Source: Salinivirgaceae bacterium
Lineage (GTDB): Bacteria > Bacteroidota > Bacteroidia > Bacteroidales > SZUA-534
Direction: 5' to 3'
Length of the DNA stretch: 64,000 nucleotides
Assembly (NCBI GenBank): GCA_024405635.1
Contig: JAKSOL010000005.1
Coordinates: 32,001 to 96,000 of the forward strand
The notes below the pieces were generated by a model that saw only the letters and a program-made list of their open reading frames with translations, did not search any database and had not been told where the DNA came from. Positions within the stretch are counted from its first letter, which is position 1. Each line of letters opens with the position of its first letter. Below, piece by piece: positions 10,294-19,715 of the stretch. The translations under genes and the position numbers were made by a program.

Positions 10294-10301
10294 CAAATAT
10301 A
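10294..10301 (-). promoter_or_regulatory. -7 promoter box for siaBC
   Basis: TATATTTG on the minus strand, about 20 bp upstream of the ATG. Confidence 0.65.
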
Positions 10302-10387
10302 TTAAATTTATAATACATCGTCTTTTTCAAACTGCGTTTAGCGTCAAACAACTTTTTATTTTTATCAACAAAGCAAAACCATACCTA

Positions 10388-11896
10388 TTAATAATGCTCC
10401 ATCAAATTTTTATTTGTGACTTGAGCGCCGCGCACATAATCGCCCGAAACATTTTGTCGTTCAACATTATACAGCATCGACTCTACAAGATTTGCATCAT
10501 ATTGCGTTGGTGCTATTGCAAAATCTGGCAAATTGTACGATTTTAGTTCTTGGTCGTAATAATCGCGTGGGTTTTGTTGTGGAAGAAGAAAAGCCTTGCC
10601 TGCATTTCCTTGTTCATCGATATGGGCTAAATAAGGCAGCGAAAAATATCCGTCATCGCGACGAGAGGTGAATACTATCCACCGAGAGTTTGATGACCAA
10701 TTGTGGTACGATTCGGTATTAGTTGAGTTTGCTAGTACAAGAGGATGTGTCTCTTTGGTTTGCAAATTGTATATCCACAAATCAGCCTCAGGGTGCCAAA
10801 TCGCAAACTGCCCATAATTAGCCAATGTATAAAGTATAAACTTGCCGTCGTACGATGGTTTTGCCCATGCGATTGATTTACCCTGAGAGCGTGCATCAAT
10901 CAAAGTATCAACAGTTTGACCAAATTCGCCTGTTTCAGCATCAAAAGCAATTGAGCATAGAACATATTTTACTTTGTCGTAATTGATTTCAAAAGTATCG
11001 CAAGGGGCAGCGGTATTGAAATACATTGTTTTGCCATTGGGCGAAAAGGTTGGAGACGACTCAAAGTATTTGGTTTGCAAAAGCGGAGACGAAAGCAGTT
11101 TGTTTGTTTCGATATCAAGCACTACAACATCTGACTCTAAATCGAACACTTCAATTTTCTGATTATCAGCAATAAAATACACTTGCCGTGTTGCATTTTG
11201 GCTATATCCAACATATCGTCCGCTGGGGTGCCAATACGAATATACGCAAGGTAAAGCATCGGCCTTGGGTTTCAAATTATACGCTTTGTAGTCGTTTCCT
11301 CTACGAATAATTGTTGCACCATGAGCGCCTCGAAAGTGTGTGCTTGAATAGCGAGTGTCGCATTGTTTCGATGTATGACAATTCATGCACCCTCCTACTA
11401 ATTGCTTATCGGAATATATGGTTGACACTTCAAAATTTGACAAGTTGCGCTCAACAACCTCCATTGGACTAAAATATCCATATCCTGGAGCAATAAGCCT
11501 ATAGTGCAAAGCATAATCGATGCTATCGGCACTTATGTAAATAGGAAATTTTTTGAATGTTTGCCAATTTCCCTCTTTCAAAGCACTAACACTCACCAAT
11601 ATACTATCGCCCACATTTTCAGCAAGAAGTGTGTGCCATTTTGCCTCATTTATGTCGATGCATTGCGCTCCTGAACAAGTTAATTGCAATTTTTTTCCAC
11701 TAAAAGTTGCGCTAATAGCCTCAACTGTTGAATCTTGTAATTGAAAGTTCAGCGGTGCAATTGTTGATGGAACAGTTACAAAAGTGTAGTCGGGATATAT
11801 TGTCGGAAATTGGTCAACTTGTTGTGCATTTTTTACCTCAAAACTGCTGCAAGCCACAAACAAAAACGCCAAAAGAACAAACTGCAAGTATTTCAT
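10388..11896 (-). CDS. TolB/PD40 beta-propeller lipoprotein with a CxxCH motif
   Basis: Lipobox FVAC; PD40-like repeats (YWHPSGRY, PTFSPNGK, PSYDGKF, NWSSNSRWIVFTSRR); CMNCH. Confidence 0.8.
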   Translation of the reverse strand: MKYLQFVLLAFLFVACSSFEVKNAQQVDQFPTIYPDYTFVTVPSTIAPLNFQLQDSTVEAISATFSGKKLQLTCSGAQCIDINEAKWHTLLAENVGDSILVSVSALKEGNWQTFKKFPIYISADSIDYALHYRLIAPGYGYFSPMEVVERNLSNFEVSTIYSDKQLVGGCMNCHTSKQCDTRYSSTHFRGAHGATIIRRGNDYKAYNLKPKADALPCVYSYWHPSGRYVGYSQNATRQVYFIADNQKIEVFDLESDVVVLDIETNKLLSSPLLQTKYFESSPTFSPNGKTMYFNTAAPCDTFEINYDKVKYVLCSIAFDAETGEFGQTVDTLIDARSQGKSIAWAKPSYDGKFILYTLANYGQFAIWHPEADLWIYNLQTKETHPLVLANSTNTESYHNWSSNSRWIVFTSRRDDGYFSLPYLAHIDEQGNAGKAFLLPQQNPRDYYDQELKSYNLPDFAIAPTQYDANLVESMLYNVERQNVSGDYVRGAQVTNKNLMEHY

Positions 11897-11902
11897 TATC
11901 AA

Positions 11903-13660
11903 CTAATTTCTTGAAGATGTAAACATATAATACCAAACAGTGTTAGCATATCCATTTTCAAGTACTTGTGCTGCTGTATGCTGATTTTTTTGGTATGTAT
12001 TCATAAAAAACTTAAACCTATTTAAGTTTATTTGCGACACTGTATATGGCATCGAATTAAAATTTGGATGCGACATTGACCAAGCCAACAACAATGCCTC
12101 TTGATAAACCTGCGGCAATTCGGAAGCCTGTTTTGCGTAGTTGACAAAAGCTGGAATGAATTCGTTCAAATTTTTGTCGAACAAAAAATGCGTTAACAAA
12201 TAGTCCCACGCCATGCGATTTTGCGGATTGTGCAAAACCAATTCAACTATTGTATTGCTATACTGCTCATCTGATACAAAGTTTTTGTCTAGTTTATAGC
12301 TTTTAATTCTTCCGTACTCGCTATTGCTGTCAAAATTGGTTTGCTGATTGCAATATGCAAGCCGCTCGGTTGCCCATTTTTTGTAAAAAAGTGTATGTTG
12401 CAAATGACGCAGATATTTAGCTGCCGATTTCCAATCGCCATTTATCATATCAATCTCAGCTATGCGCATTGTGTAGCGAGAACTTAAATATCCGTTTGGA
12501 ATTGCATCTTGCGACTCGCAATAATGATGACGAGATAGATGCGTAAGTCCAAGATAGTAAAACACTTCGCCTGCTGCAATAGACATTGTATGGTGACGCA
12601 TAAAGGGGACATAAAGGCTTGGCGAACCTTGCGGATCAAAGTTGAAAGCCCTTGCTGATAGTTGATTGGTTTGCGCAAGAGCCAAGTTAAGGTAATTTTG
12701 ACCTATAAACCAAACAGGTAACCGTTTATCGGCCAATGCAACAATCTGCGACCATTTTTTTTGTCGGCAAAGGCAATCGTATTCCAATAATTGTTCGCGG
12801 TCTTTGTCATAACTAATTGTTACAGAAGCTGTTCCCCCAAGCAAAACCGCAACCAATATCACAACCGATATTATTTTTTCTTTTTTTGTATCGATAGGAA
12901 TAAACCTTACCAAAACAAATGTTGCAATTATCACAAACACTGTTACATATAGCATTGTGGGGAATTCGGTTGGAATACGCATATAATATATGCCTTTTAG
13001 GAACAAACCGATGCTATGCGAACCTAGCATGCGCGAAATGCCAACTGCCGAAACCCATACAATTAAAGCAATGCAAGACCACAATAAGGCCGATGACATT
13101 TTAATTCTTTTCGAAGAATAACAAACTGCAACACAGCCAAATAAAACGACAAACATTGCTGCAGTACCTGCCAAATAGTAATCAACCAAACCTACAACTA
13201 TTGCGCTAATTGTAAGCAATTGCAAATTATTGATATTAAGCACTATGCGCAAACCAATAAGCCCCATAACCAACGCTACTAACGTTGTTGGCATAGTTTC
13301 GTAATAATCTAAAACGCAATAAGCAGCAACCGATGGCACAAAACTAGCAAGGAAACCGCTATTGGTATTAGAAATTGTTTTGATAACGCAATGAGCAAGA
13401 CTCTGCACCAAAACGACCAACATAGCCACAATTGCTGCGCCTAACCATTGTATTACAAAGAATTGCGTTAGAAATTGTGACACATAATCGGCAAAACCAC
13501 CAACATTGAAGGCTGTGTTGCAAAAGAACTTTGGTGTAAACAAAAAGAGCTGCAACTGCTCATGATAATTAAGTTGGCCCCAATGAAGAAAACGCCATAA
13601 CAGGCATACAACTACAAACCAAGCAACCGTTATAGTTCTTTGCAACAATTTATTCTTCAT
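11903..13660 (-). CDS. DUF6057-family multi-pass membrane protein with C-terminal helical domain
   Basis: YHEQLQLFLFT, GGFADYVSQFLTQFF, NLALAQ, PQNRMAWDYL, typical of the family usually paired with the TolB-like lipoprotein; ATG 13660. Confidence 0.75.
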   Translation of the reverse strand: MKNKLLQRTITVAWFVVVCLLWRFLHWGQLNYHEQLQLFLFTPKFFCNTAFNVGGFADYVSQFLTQFFVIQWLGAAIVAMLVVLVQSLAHCVIKTISNTNSGFLASFVPSVAAYCVLDYYETMPTTLVALVMGLIGLRIVLNINNLQLLTISAIVVGLVDYYLAGTAAMFVVLFGCVAVCYSSKRIKMSSALLWSCIALIVWVSAVGISRMLGSHSIGLFLKGIYYMRIPTEFPTMLYVTVFVIIATFVLVRFIPIDTKKEKIISVVILVAVLLGGTASVTISYDKDREQLLEYDCLCRQKKWSQIVALADKRLPVWFIGQNYLNLALAQTNQLSARAFNFDPQGSPSLYVPFMRHHTMSIAAGEVFYYLGLTHLSRHHYCESQDAIPNGYLSSRYTMRIAEIDMINGDWKSAAKYLRHLQHTLFYKKWATERLAYCNQQTNFDSNSEYGRIKSYKLDKNFVSDEQYSNTIVELVLHNPQNRMAWDYLLTHFLFDKNLNEFIPAFVNYAKQASELPQVYQEALLLAWSMSHPNFNSMPYTVSQINLNRFKFFMNTYQKNQHTAAQVLENGYANTVWYYMFTSSRN

Positions 13661-13670
13661 ACCAAAACAA

Positions 13671-14492
13671 TTAACGGTCATCGCGCATTAACCACATTGG
13701 GTCATTCATGTGTGTAGCAGGATCTAAATCTTGCATTTGACCAATGTTGCGTTCAAGCTCATTTATTTCCTTGTTTTGCTGCTCGTTCAGCTCCTCGCAA
13801 ACGCCATGTTTATATGTGTAAAGGCGATCAAAACCGCCACTAGTTTTATAAATCTGCCACGAGCCCTCCATTAAATCGTTAACATACTTGCCTTTTTTGT
13901 GTAACACACCCGACTCGTAATACATTTTTCCCTCGCCGTGCAACTTGCCATCAACATAAGGCACCTCAAACTGAACTTGCCCGTTGATGTAATAACGTCG
14001 CCAAATGCCGTTTTTTACACCATGAACCCAATCAATCTCCTCAAACTTTTTGCGTTCTGAAGTAAATTGAGTAGATCTGCCATGTAATAAGCCATCTTGA
14101 TAGTTTTCTTGTAAATAATAAACTCCTGTTGCTGCGTAATAATTCCAAGTACTATCTTTTTTGTGATTCAAATAACGACCTTTAGCGCTTACTCGGCCAT
14201 TGCGATGGTAGAATGTAACATCGGCATCTTTTCCTTCGTTTTTATAAAACAGGTGAGCATACAAATCGCCATTACGAGTGTATCGCTTAAAATCGCCAAC
14301 CGGTTTATTATCAACAAAATAAGCCTCATATTCAACAACACCGTTGGTATATTTTTTTACCCAATGGCCTTGTTTAAGTCCGTTGATATCAATGTAGTTG
14401 AGCAAAGTATCGCCCTCTTGTCCAACGTTTTGCGCCTTAGCTCCAAAGGCAAATGACACCACAGCTACAAGCGCTAAAAATGTATGTTTCAT
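13671..14492 (-). CDS. Exported MORN-variant repeat protein (YwqK-like family)
   Basis: Signal peptide MKHTFLALVAVVSFAFGAKA; repeats such as GHWVKKYTNG, YVDGKLHGEGKMYYESG. Confidence 0.85.
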   Translation of the reverse strand: MKHTFLALVAVVSFAFGAKAQNVGQEGDTLLNYIDINGLKQGHWVKKYTNGVVEYEAYFVDNKPVGDFKRYTRNGDLYAHLFYKNEGKDADVTFYHRNGRVSAKGRYLNHKKDSTWNYYAATGVYYLQENYQDGLLHGRSTQFTSERKKFEEIDWVHGVKNGIWRRYYINGQVQFEVPYVDGKLHGEGKMYYESGVLHKKGKYVNDLMEGSWQIYKTSGGFDRLYTYKHGVCEELNEQQNKEINELERNIGQMQDLDPATHMNDPMWLMRDDR

Positions 14493-14612
14493 AATGGAAA
14501 TGCGGTTTTTAATTGGGGTAAAAATAATTAAAGAACCGATAGTTGGAGAAAAATCACTGGGCATTATTTAATACCCATTTTGCTTTGCCTAAAAAAACGG
14601 CATTCAATTCTT

Positions 14613-15188
14613 CTAAACAAACGTTTTGATTATCAGTTTAATATCACCAATCAAGGTGTGATTTTCATAATAATCAAGATTTATCTTAACCTTATCGGGA
14701 TAAATAACTTCATTATTGTATTCTATTGGATTACTGACCTTTGCAAGCAATTGTTCCTCGTTTTTGTATTTGATTGATGCAGGACCAGTTATACCCGGCC
14801 TCAGTTCCAAAATTTTTCTGCTATCACCTTCAAGTTTATCAGCATAACCAGGCACATCAGGACGTGGACCAACAAAACTCATATCTCCAATAAGAACATT
14901 CCAAAGTTCCAACAATTCGTCAAGTTTGTATTTACGCAAAAACTCTCCTATTGGAGTTATTCTTGATTCGCCTTTAACCGATATTGTAGAACCTTGATGT
15001 CCGGTTTTCATTGTTCGGAACTTGTATATAGTAAATGGCTTAGCAAAACGGCCAATACGCACTTGCTTATAAACAACCGGTTCTGATACCGATGTTACTT
15101 TTATTGCTACGGCAATAATTATCAACACGGGCCACAAAAAAAGCAAGCCTACAAGCGACATTGTTCTATCAAAAATCCATTTTGCCAT
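14613..15188 (-). CDS. Monotopic phosphoglycosyl transferase (bacterial sugar transferase, PglC/WcaJ C-terminal type)
   Basis: Motifs KWIFDR, YKFRTM, RITPIGEFLRKYKLDE, GDMSFVGPRP, RPGITG. Confidence 0.92.
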   Translation of the reverse strand: MAKWIFDRTMSLVGLLFLWPVLIIIAVAIKVTSVSEPVVYKQVRIGRFAKPFTIYKFRTMKTGHQGSTISVKGESRITPIGEFLRKYKLDELLELWNVLIGDMSFVGPRPDVPGYADKLEGDSRKILELRPGITGPASIKYKNEEQLLAKVSNPIEYNNEVIYPDKVKINLDYYENHTLIGDIKLIIKTFV

Positions 15189-15381
15189 TTATTGCACTAT
15201 TATATAAAAGAAATACCATGTTAGTCCATTAACTTAATGATTTCCACTCGGTGCAAAAGAAAACAAAAAGCATCGTACCACAATAATCACTTAATAAAAA
15301 GAGTCATTAAAAGCTTACGATTAATCGTCGATGCGACACTCAATGACAAAAAAAGTTTTGATTTGTGAAAATTATTTTGCT

Positions 15382-17238
15382 TTATGCCTCAATCGAATTT
15401 GTTTTAAATGCTTCCAAATCAGAAGTTTTTCTTTGTTCCACAAAAGGCAAGAACGACAGGAACACGAACAACGGGAAACTGAAATGGCTACTGCCACTGA
15501 ACATGCAGAAGAACATGCAGCAAAGGTACATAATGAAAAATATGCCCAAATCGGACCTTTTCTTCCAATATAGCCACAAACTCATCGCCAGGAACCATAT
15601 GTAAACAACACCACCAATAATGCCCGAATACAAGAATGCCGAAATAATTGGATTATGAGGGAAATCGTATCGTTTTGGATTATTGTAGAATTTTTCGCCA
15701 TACCATTCCAAATAGTCAAAACCATGACCGAATATTTTTTGTTTCCAGTTGTATTTGGTTTGCCAAAGTTCCCAAGCATATGACCAACGGTCGGTGCGGG
15801 GTGCAATAAAATTATTTTTGGAACTTGCAGATTTTTTGAATGTTAATTCATCAATGAACATTGGCAATCCTATAGTATCATTACATTCCATCTTGATATC
15901 TTTTATATCTACTATGGTTTGAGGTTGTAAAGAATTTAAAAAACATATGGCATTACTTTGATTTTCAGCAAATTCATGAGATGTAAAGTAAGAGTACCAT
16001 CCAGACTGATCAAGTGTGACCGTTGCTGGAGTATTCCTAATAAATTTTCCATCTTCCTCTATTTCCCACCCCACACTAAATGGAAGTCCGCCACCCTTGA
16101 TTATTCTATATTTGAAAGAAATACTATATGTTAGATTTTTATGATAATATATTGGTCTACCAATGTAATATAGTTGCCAAAAACCATTTCCGCTATTTCT
16201 ATTAATCCTAATAAATCTAGAATTTACAGAGTCTGTAATGACATTCATGCTTATGTCATCATTATTTGATTGTATACTACTCCAATATTTCAAATCATCA
16301 TAGAAATCAGAATTATAAAACAAATTATTGCAATCGTGAATCTCGTTTTCCCAATCAACTTTCCCATATGTCAATTTGTTTTGAAATGTAGGCAATGATG
16401 TTTCTGGGCTAAAGAATGTATACACTTTATAGTATTTCCAAAACAAAGGAGAACTTGTATTTAAAGACGACCTATTAACATTGTAATGATGTAATGCAAT
16501 AGCAGTGGCAATCACAATGCAAGCAATGGTTGATAGTACCATATATTTGTACATCTTAATGATCTTTTTCTTTTCAAATGCTATTAATAACAAATAATAT
16601 ATAATCATTATTCCGTACAATATATATCCTCGTCTAGATGCGCTGAACAATATATTTATTGACGATATAACTGTATTTATTACAAATATTCTCTCCGAAA
16701 TCTTTTGAATAGAAAGAAGATAGATTGATATTGGGATTGTCAGCAAAAAATATAGCGAGTAAAAATTATTGTCCAATGTCAAAGGAAAAGAATCCGATTC
16801 GAACAGAAATTTTGGATATGGAATATCAACACCGACAAGTGTCAAAATTGATCTAGTTATAGCAATCACACCAGCTATATCTACAAACAACATAATCTGT
16901 TTAAAAAAAACAGCACCATGTTTATGTGGTTCAAATAAAAACAGGAGAAAAATCGTAACAAAAAGATTGATAAATTCCTTTATAAGCAAGGGCCGTTTTG
17001 AAAAATTGCAACAAAAAATCACGACAACCAATATCGCAGAGATAAACGATAGAAATTGATTACGTGTTACATGCCATTTAATTTGGGCTGTTTTGTTATA
17101 GCATATATATATTAATGGTAATACAGATGCAAAGAAAAAATACTTGTACCCAAGGAAAATCGTTCGCACAAAAAACAACACTACAATCAGTGTTATAATG
17201 TATGATCCATTATTGTCTATAAATTTCTTGACCCTCAT
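15382..17238 (-). CDS. O-antigen ligase (WaaL/Wzy_C)-like membrane protein with inserted CBM-like domain
   Basis: N-terminal TMs; SRRG; RTDRWSYAWE, GHG and PHN motifs; ~170-aa soluble insert beginning NNLFYNSDF. Confidence 0.75.
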   Translation of the reverse strand: MRVKKFIDNNGSYIITLIVVLFFVRTIFLGYKYFFFASVLPLIYICYNKTAQIKWHVTRNQFLSFISAILVVVIFCCNFSKRPLLIKEFINLFVTIFLLFLFEPHKHGAVFFKQIMLFVDIAGVIAITRSILTLVGVDIPYPKFLFESDSFPLTLDNNFYSLYFLLTIPISIYLLSIQKISERIFVINTVISSINILFSASRRGYILYGIMIIYYLLLIAFEKKKIIKMYKYMVLSTIACIVIATAIALHHYNVNRSSLNTSSPLFWKYYKVYTFFSPETSLPTFQNKLTYGKVDWENEIHDCNNLFYNSDFYDDLKYWSSIQSNNDDISMNVITDSVNSRFIRINRNSGNGFWQLYYIGRPIYYHKNLTYSISFKYRIIKGGGLPFSVGWEIEEDGKFIRNTPATVTLDQSGWYSYFTSHEFAENQSNAICFLNSLQPQTIVDIKDIKMECNDTIGLPMFIDELTFKKSASSKNNFIAPRTDRWSYAWELWQTKYNWKQKIFGHGFDYLEWYGEKFYNNPKRYDFPHNPIISAFLYSGIIGGVVYIWFLAMSLWLYWKKRSDLGIFFIMYLCCMFFCMFSGSSHFSFPLFVFLSFLPFVEQRKTSDLEAFKTNSIEA

Positions 17239-17271
17239 TTAACCATAATAATATGAATTCTGATTGCATAG

Positions 17272-18297
17272 TTATTTGTTGTTATACACGTGCTCGTAAA
17301 ACGATATAGTATTGCTTATCGTTTTATCCCATGAAAACCGTTTTACATTTTCCAAAGCATCATGTTGCAACTCTTTATAGAATGTTTTTTCTTGTAACTG
17401 TTTTATTCTAGTTATGGATTCTTCAACATTTGTTGGATCAATGTAGATACATTTTCCTCCGCTTATCTCTGGGATTGATGATTTTTCTTGACAAATCACG
17501 GGACACCCACATGCTTGCGATTCAATTACAGGGAAGCCAAACCCTTCATACGAACTAGGATAAAATAGAGCAAATGATTTATTGTATAGTTCAGCCAATT
17601 CTAAATTACTAATGAATGACAATTTACAATATCTATTTGGTATGTGTTCGTTTAACATTTTTATTTCATCTTTAGTCAAATCTCCTCCACCAACAATAAC
17701 CAAAAATAAATCTTTCAAGCCATTTATCAGTTGAACTGAAAGGTTAAACCCTTTATATGCCGCCCTAGATCCAACAAAAATCACATTGTTGTTTCTTTGG
17801 CTATCAGTAAAATTAAATGTTGATTTGTCGTAACCATGGTAAATAACCGTACTCTTCCCGTTATAATTAGGATACATTTTTCTAAAATCAGACAAAGTGT
17901 TCTGCGATATGCATATAACACCATCAGAATGTAAAATGGCATTCTTTTTTTGCCACTTGTGCAAATTTGAAAGTAAATCTTTTCTAAACAATTCATATGT
18001 AAAATCATGAATTGTTGTCACGTTTATTGCATTATTGTTTTTGCAGTAACGATAATAACTTGAATGGAACACAAATGGTTCAGGTTCTTCAACTCGAACA
18101 TTTTGATATCTTTCAATTAATACATTCCTGTCTTTGTGTATACTATTATTCCGGGAATGATAAAATATATTTTCGCTGCAGTTTCTATACAGAAATCTAT
18201 TATTTACAGAAATATAATTCTCTAAATAATTCCAATAGGCAGATATGCCACCACTTTTTTGAAGGGAATATATAATATCATCGTATATGATTTTCAT
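17272..18297 (-). CDS. Glycosyltransferase family 4
   Basis: Motifs GGISAY, TIHD, YPSSYEGFGFPVIESQACG. Confidence 0.92.
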   Translation of the reverse strand: MKIIYDDIIYSLQKSGGISAYWNYLENYISVNNRFLYRNCSENIFYHSRNNSIHKDRNVLIERYQNVRVEEPEPFVFHSSYYRYCKNNNAINVTTIHDFTYELFRKDLLSNLHKWQKKNAILHSDGVICISQNTLSDFRKMYPNYNGKSTVIYHGYDKSTFNFTDSQRNNNVIFVGSRAAYKGFNLSVQLINGLKDLFLVIVGGGDLTKDEIKMLNEHIPNRYCKLSFISNLELAELYNKSFALFYPSSYEGFGFPVIESQACGCPVICQEKSSIPEISGGKCIYIDPTNVEESITRIKQLQEKTFYKELQHDALENVKRFSWDKTISNTISFYEHVYNNK

Positions 18298-18308
18298 AAA
18301 AAGAAATT

Positions 18309-19715
18309 TTATTTGTTGATATTTGAATCTCCGCGTTTCGCAGGAATTAGTATTTTACCAAATTTTCCAAAAACCAACATTCCAAATAGCAAGGCATAAG
18401 ATAACCTACTTATTGCGTAAAAGTAATCACTGCGAACTATATACACAGAGAACCCAATCATTCCCAAAAATAATATTTTATGATAAATGGAGCTTTTGTT
18501 AACGTTTGACGAAATATAGGATATGAAAAAACCAAATAAATACATAAAAAATATTGTTCCCCAAAAACCTAAAGCCAAATATGTAGAGGCTATAATATTT
18601 GTTCCAACGCCAAAAGTTGGATTTTCTCCCATTGCTAAATAAGAAAAAAAACGGGCTGAACTTGTTTCCCAGATGGGGATATTCAAAGCATCAACTACAG
18701 CCCCCTGCAAAAAAGGAACAATACTTAATAAAGAACCAAACAATGTAAATGGAATTGTTCCTGAAGACTGAACATAGTCGTATCCAGTGTACAATGTATA
18801 ATTTGTTATTATTAAATCCATTCCCATATCTAGCATGTTGAACGAGAACTTGAAAATACCATTTGATCTCGCCACCAATATTAGCCTCATGCAACATAGG
18901 CCACATAGAATTAGTAATAATATCTGTTTTAGATTAATGCCTTTATTCAACATTGCATAACCGGCAAAAACCATAAGTGCAATTTGAATAGCAAATGTTC
19001 TTGACCCAGATATCACTCCAGATGCAATTTCAAGAGCTAATGCAATCCATAATAGCAAATTGTGTTGCCACCATTTTTTTATAATTCCCTTCAATAATAA
19101 ATTGTGGAATTCAATAGCAATAGCCACTATTATTATGCTATTAGCGAGTATGCCAAAGTATGCAAATGTTCCACTTTGCATCCAAGGGTTTGTCCCATAA
19201 TATTGAATTTTACTTGTCGCAATTATGACTAAATGAATTAAGGAGTATATGAATGATATTACAGTTGGCAATATATTTGCTATGTATTGTGATTTATTGA
19301 CGTTAAGAGAAATGCTGTTATTGCCTTTACATAGGTGCCCCATTATGAAAAAGTTATACCCAATAAGTGCTAATAATGTTGATTTAGTGATAACATCTTC
19401 ATTAAACCCTAGAGAAAACATGAAGTATTGATGTTTATTTATTGGATAAATAAATATAGGGTATAGGAAATAGACAAAAGTGAATGTGACAGTGAAAAGA
19501 AACTCAAAGGAAAAATAATTGTTGTTTTTCCTATATGCAAAGAAATTAATGGCAGTAATGATAAAAAGTATAAATGCAGCAACAACTATTGGGTACGAAT
19601 AATAGTTTGGGGATAATGCATATAATAGTAGACTTGCAAAAAAACTAATAAGGATTAATATCAAGTTTGTTTTGCTTGATATATAATATTTTTTAGTTGC
19701 AGAAATCTTACTCAT
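18309..19715 (-). CDS. wzy: O-antigen polymerase (Wzy)
   Basis: About 11-12 hydrophobic segments; GSR and GVGTNIIA motifs; located among GTs; ATG 19715 overlaps the upstream stop (ATGA). Confidence 0.75.
   Translation of the reverse strand: MSKISATKKYYISSKTNLILILISFFASLLLYALSPNYYSYPIVVAAFILFIITAINFFAYRKNNNYFSFEFLFTVTFTFVYFLYPIFIYPINKHQYFMFSLGFNEDVITKSTLLALIGYNFFIMGHLCKGNNSISLNVNKSQYIANILPTVISFIYSLIHLVIIATSKIQYYGTNPWMQSGTFAYFGILANSIIIVAIAIEFHNLLLKGIIKKWWQHNLLLWIALALEIASGVISGSRTFAIQIALMVFAGYAMLNKGINLKQILLLILCGLCCMRLILVARSNGIFKFSFNMLDMGMDLIITNYTLYTGYDYVQSSGTIPFTLFGSLLSIVPFLQGAVVDALNIPIWETSSARFFSYLAMGENPTFGVGTNIIASTYLALGFWGTIFFMYLFGFFISYISSNVNKSSIYHKILFLGMIGFSVYIVRSDYFYAISRLSYALLFGMLVFGKFGKILIPAKRGDSNINK

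Noticed and set aside
13671-14492. YwqK-like protein as the antitoxin of a toxin-antitoxin pair
   Set aside because: There is no adjacent toxin; it has a signal peptide and generic MORN-variant repeats.
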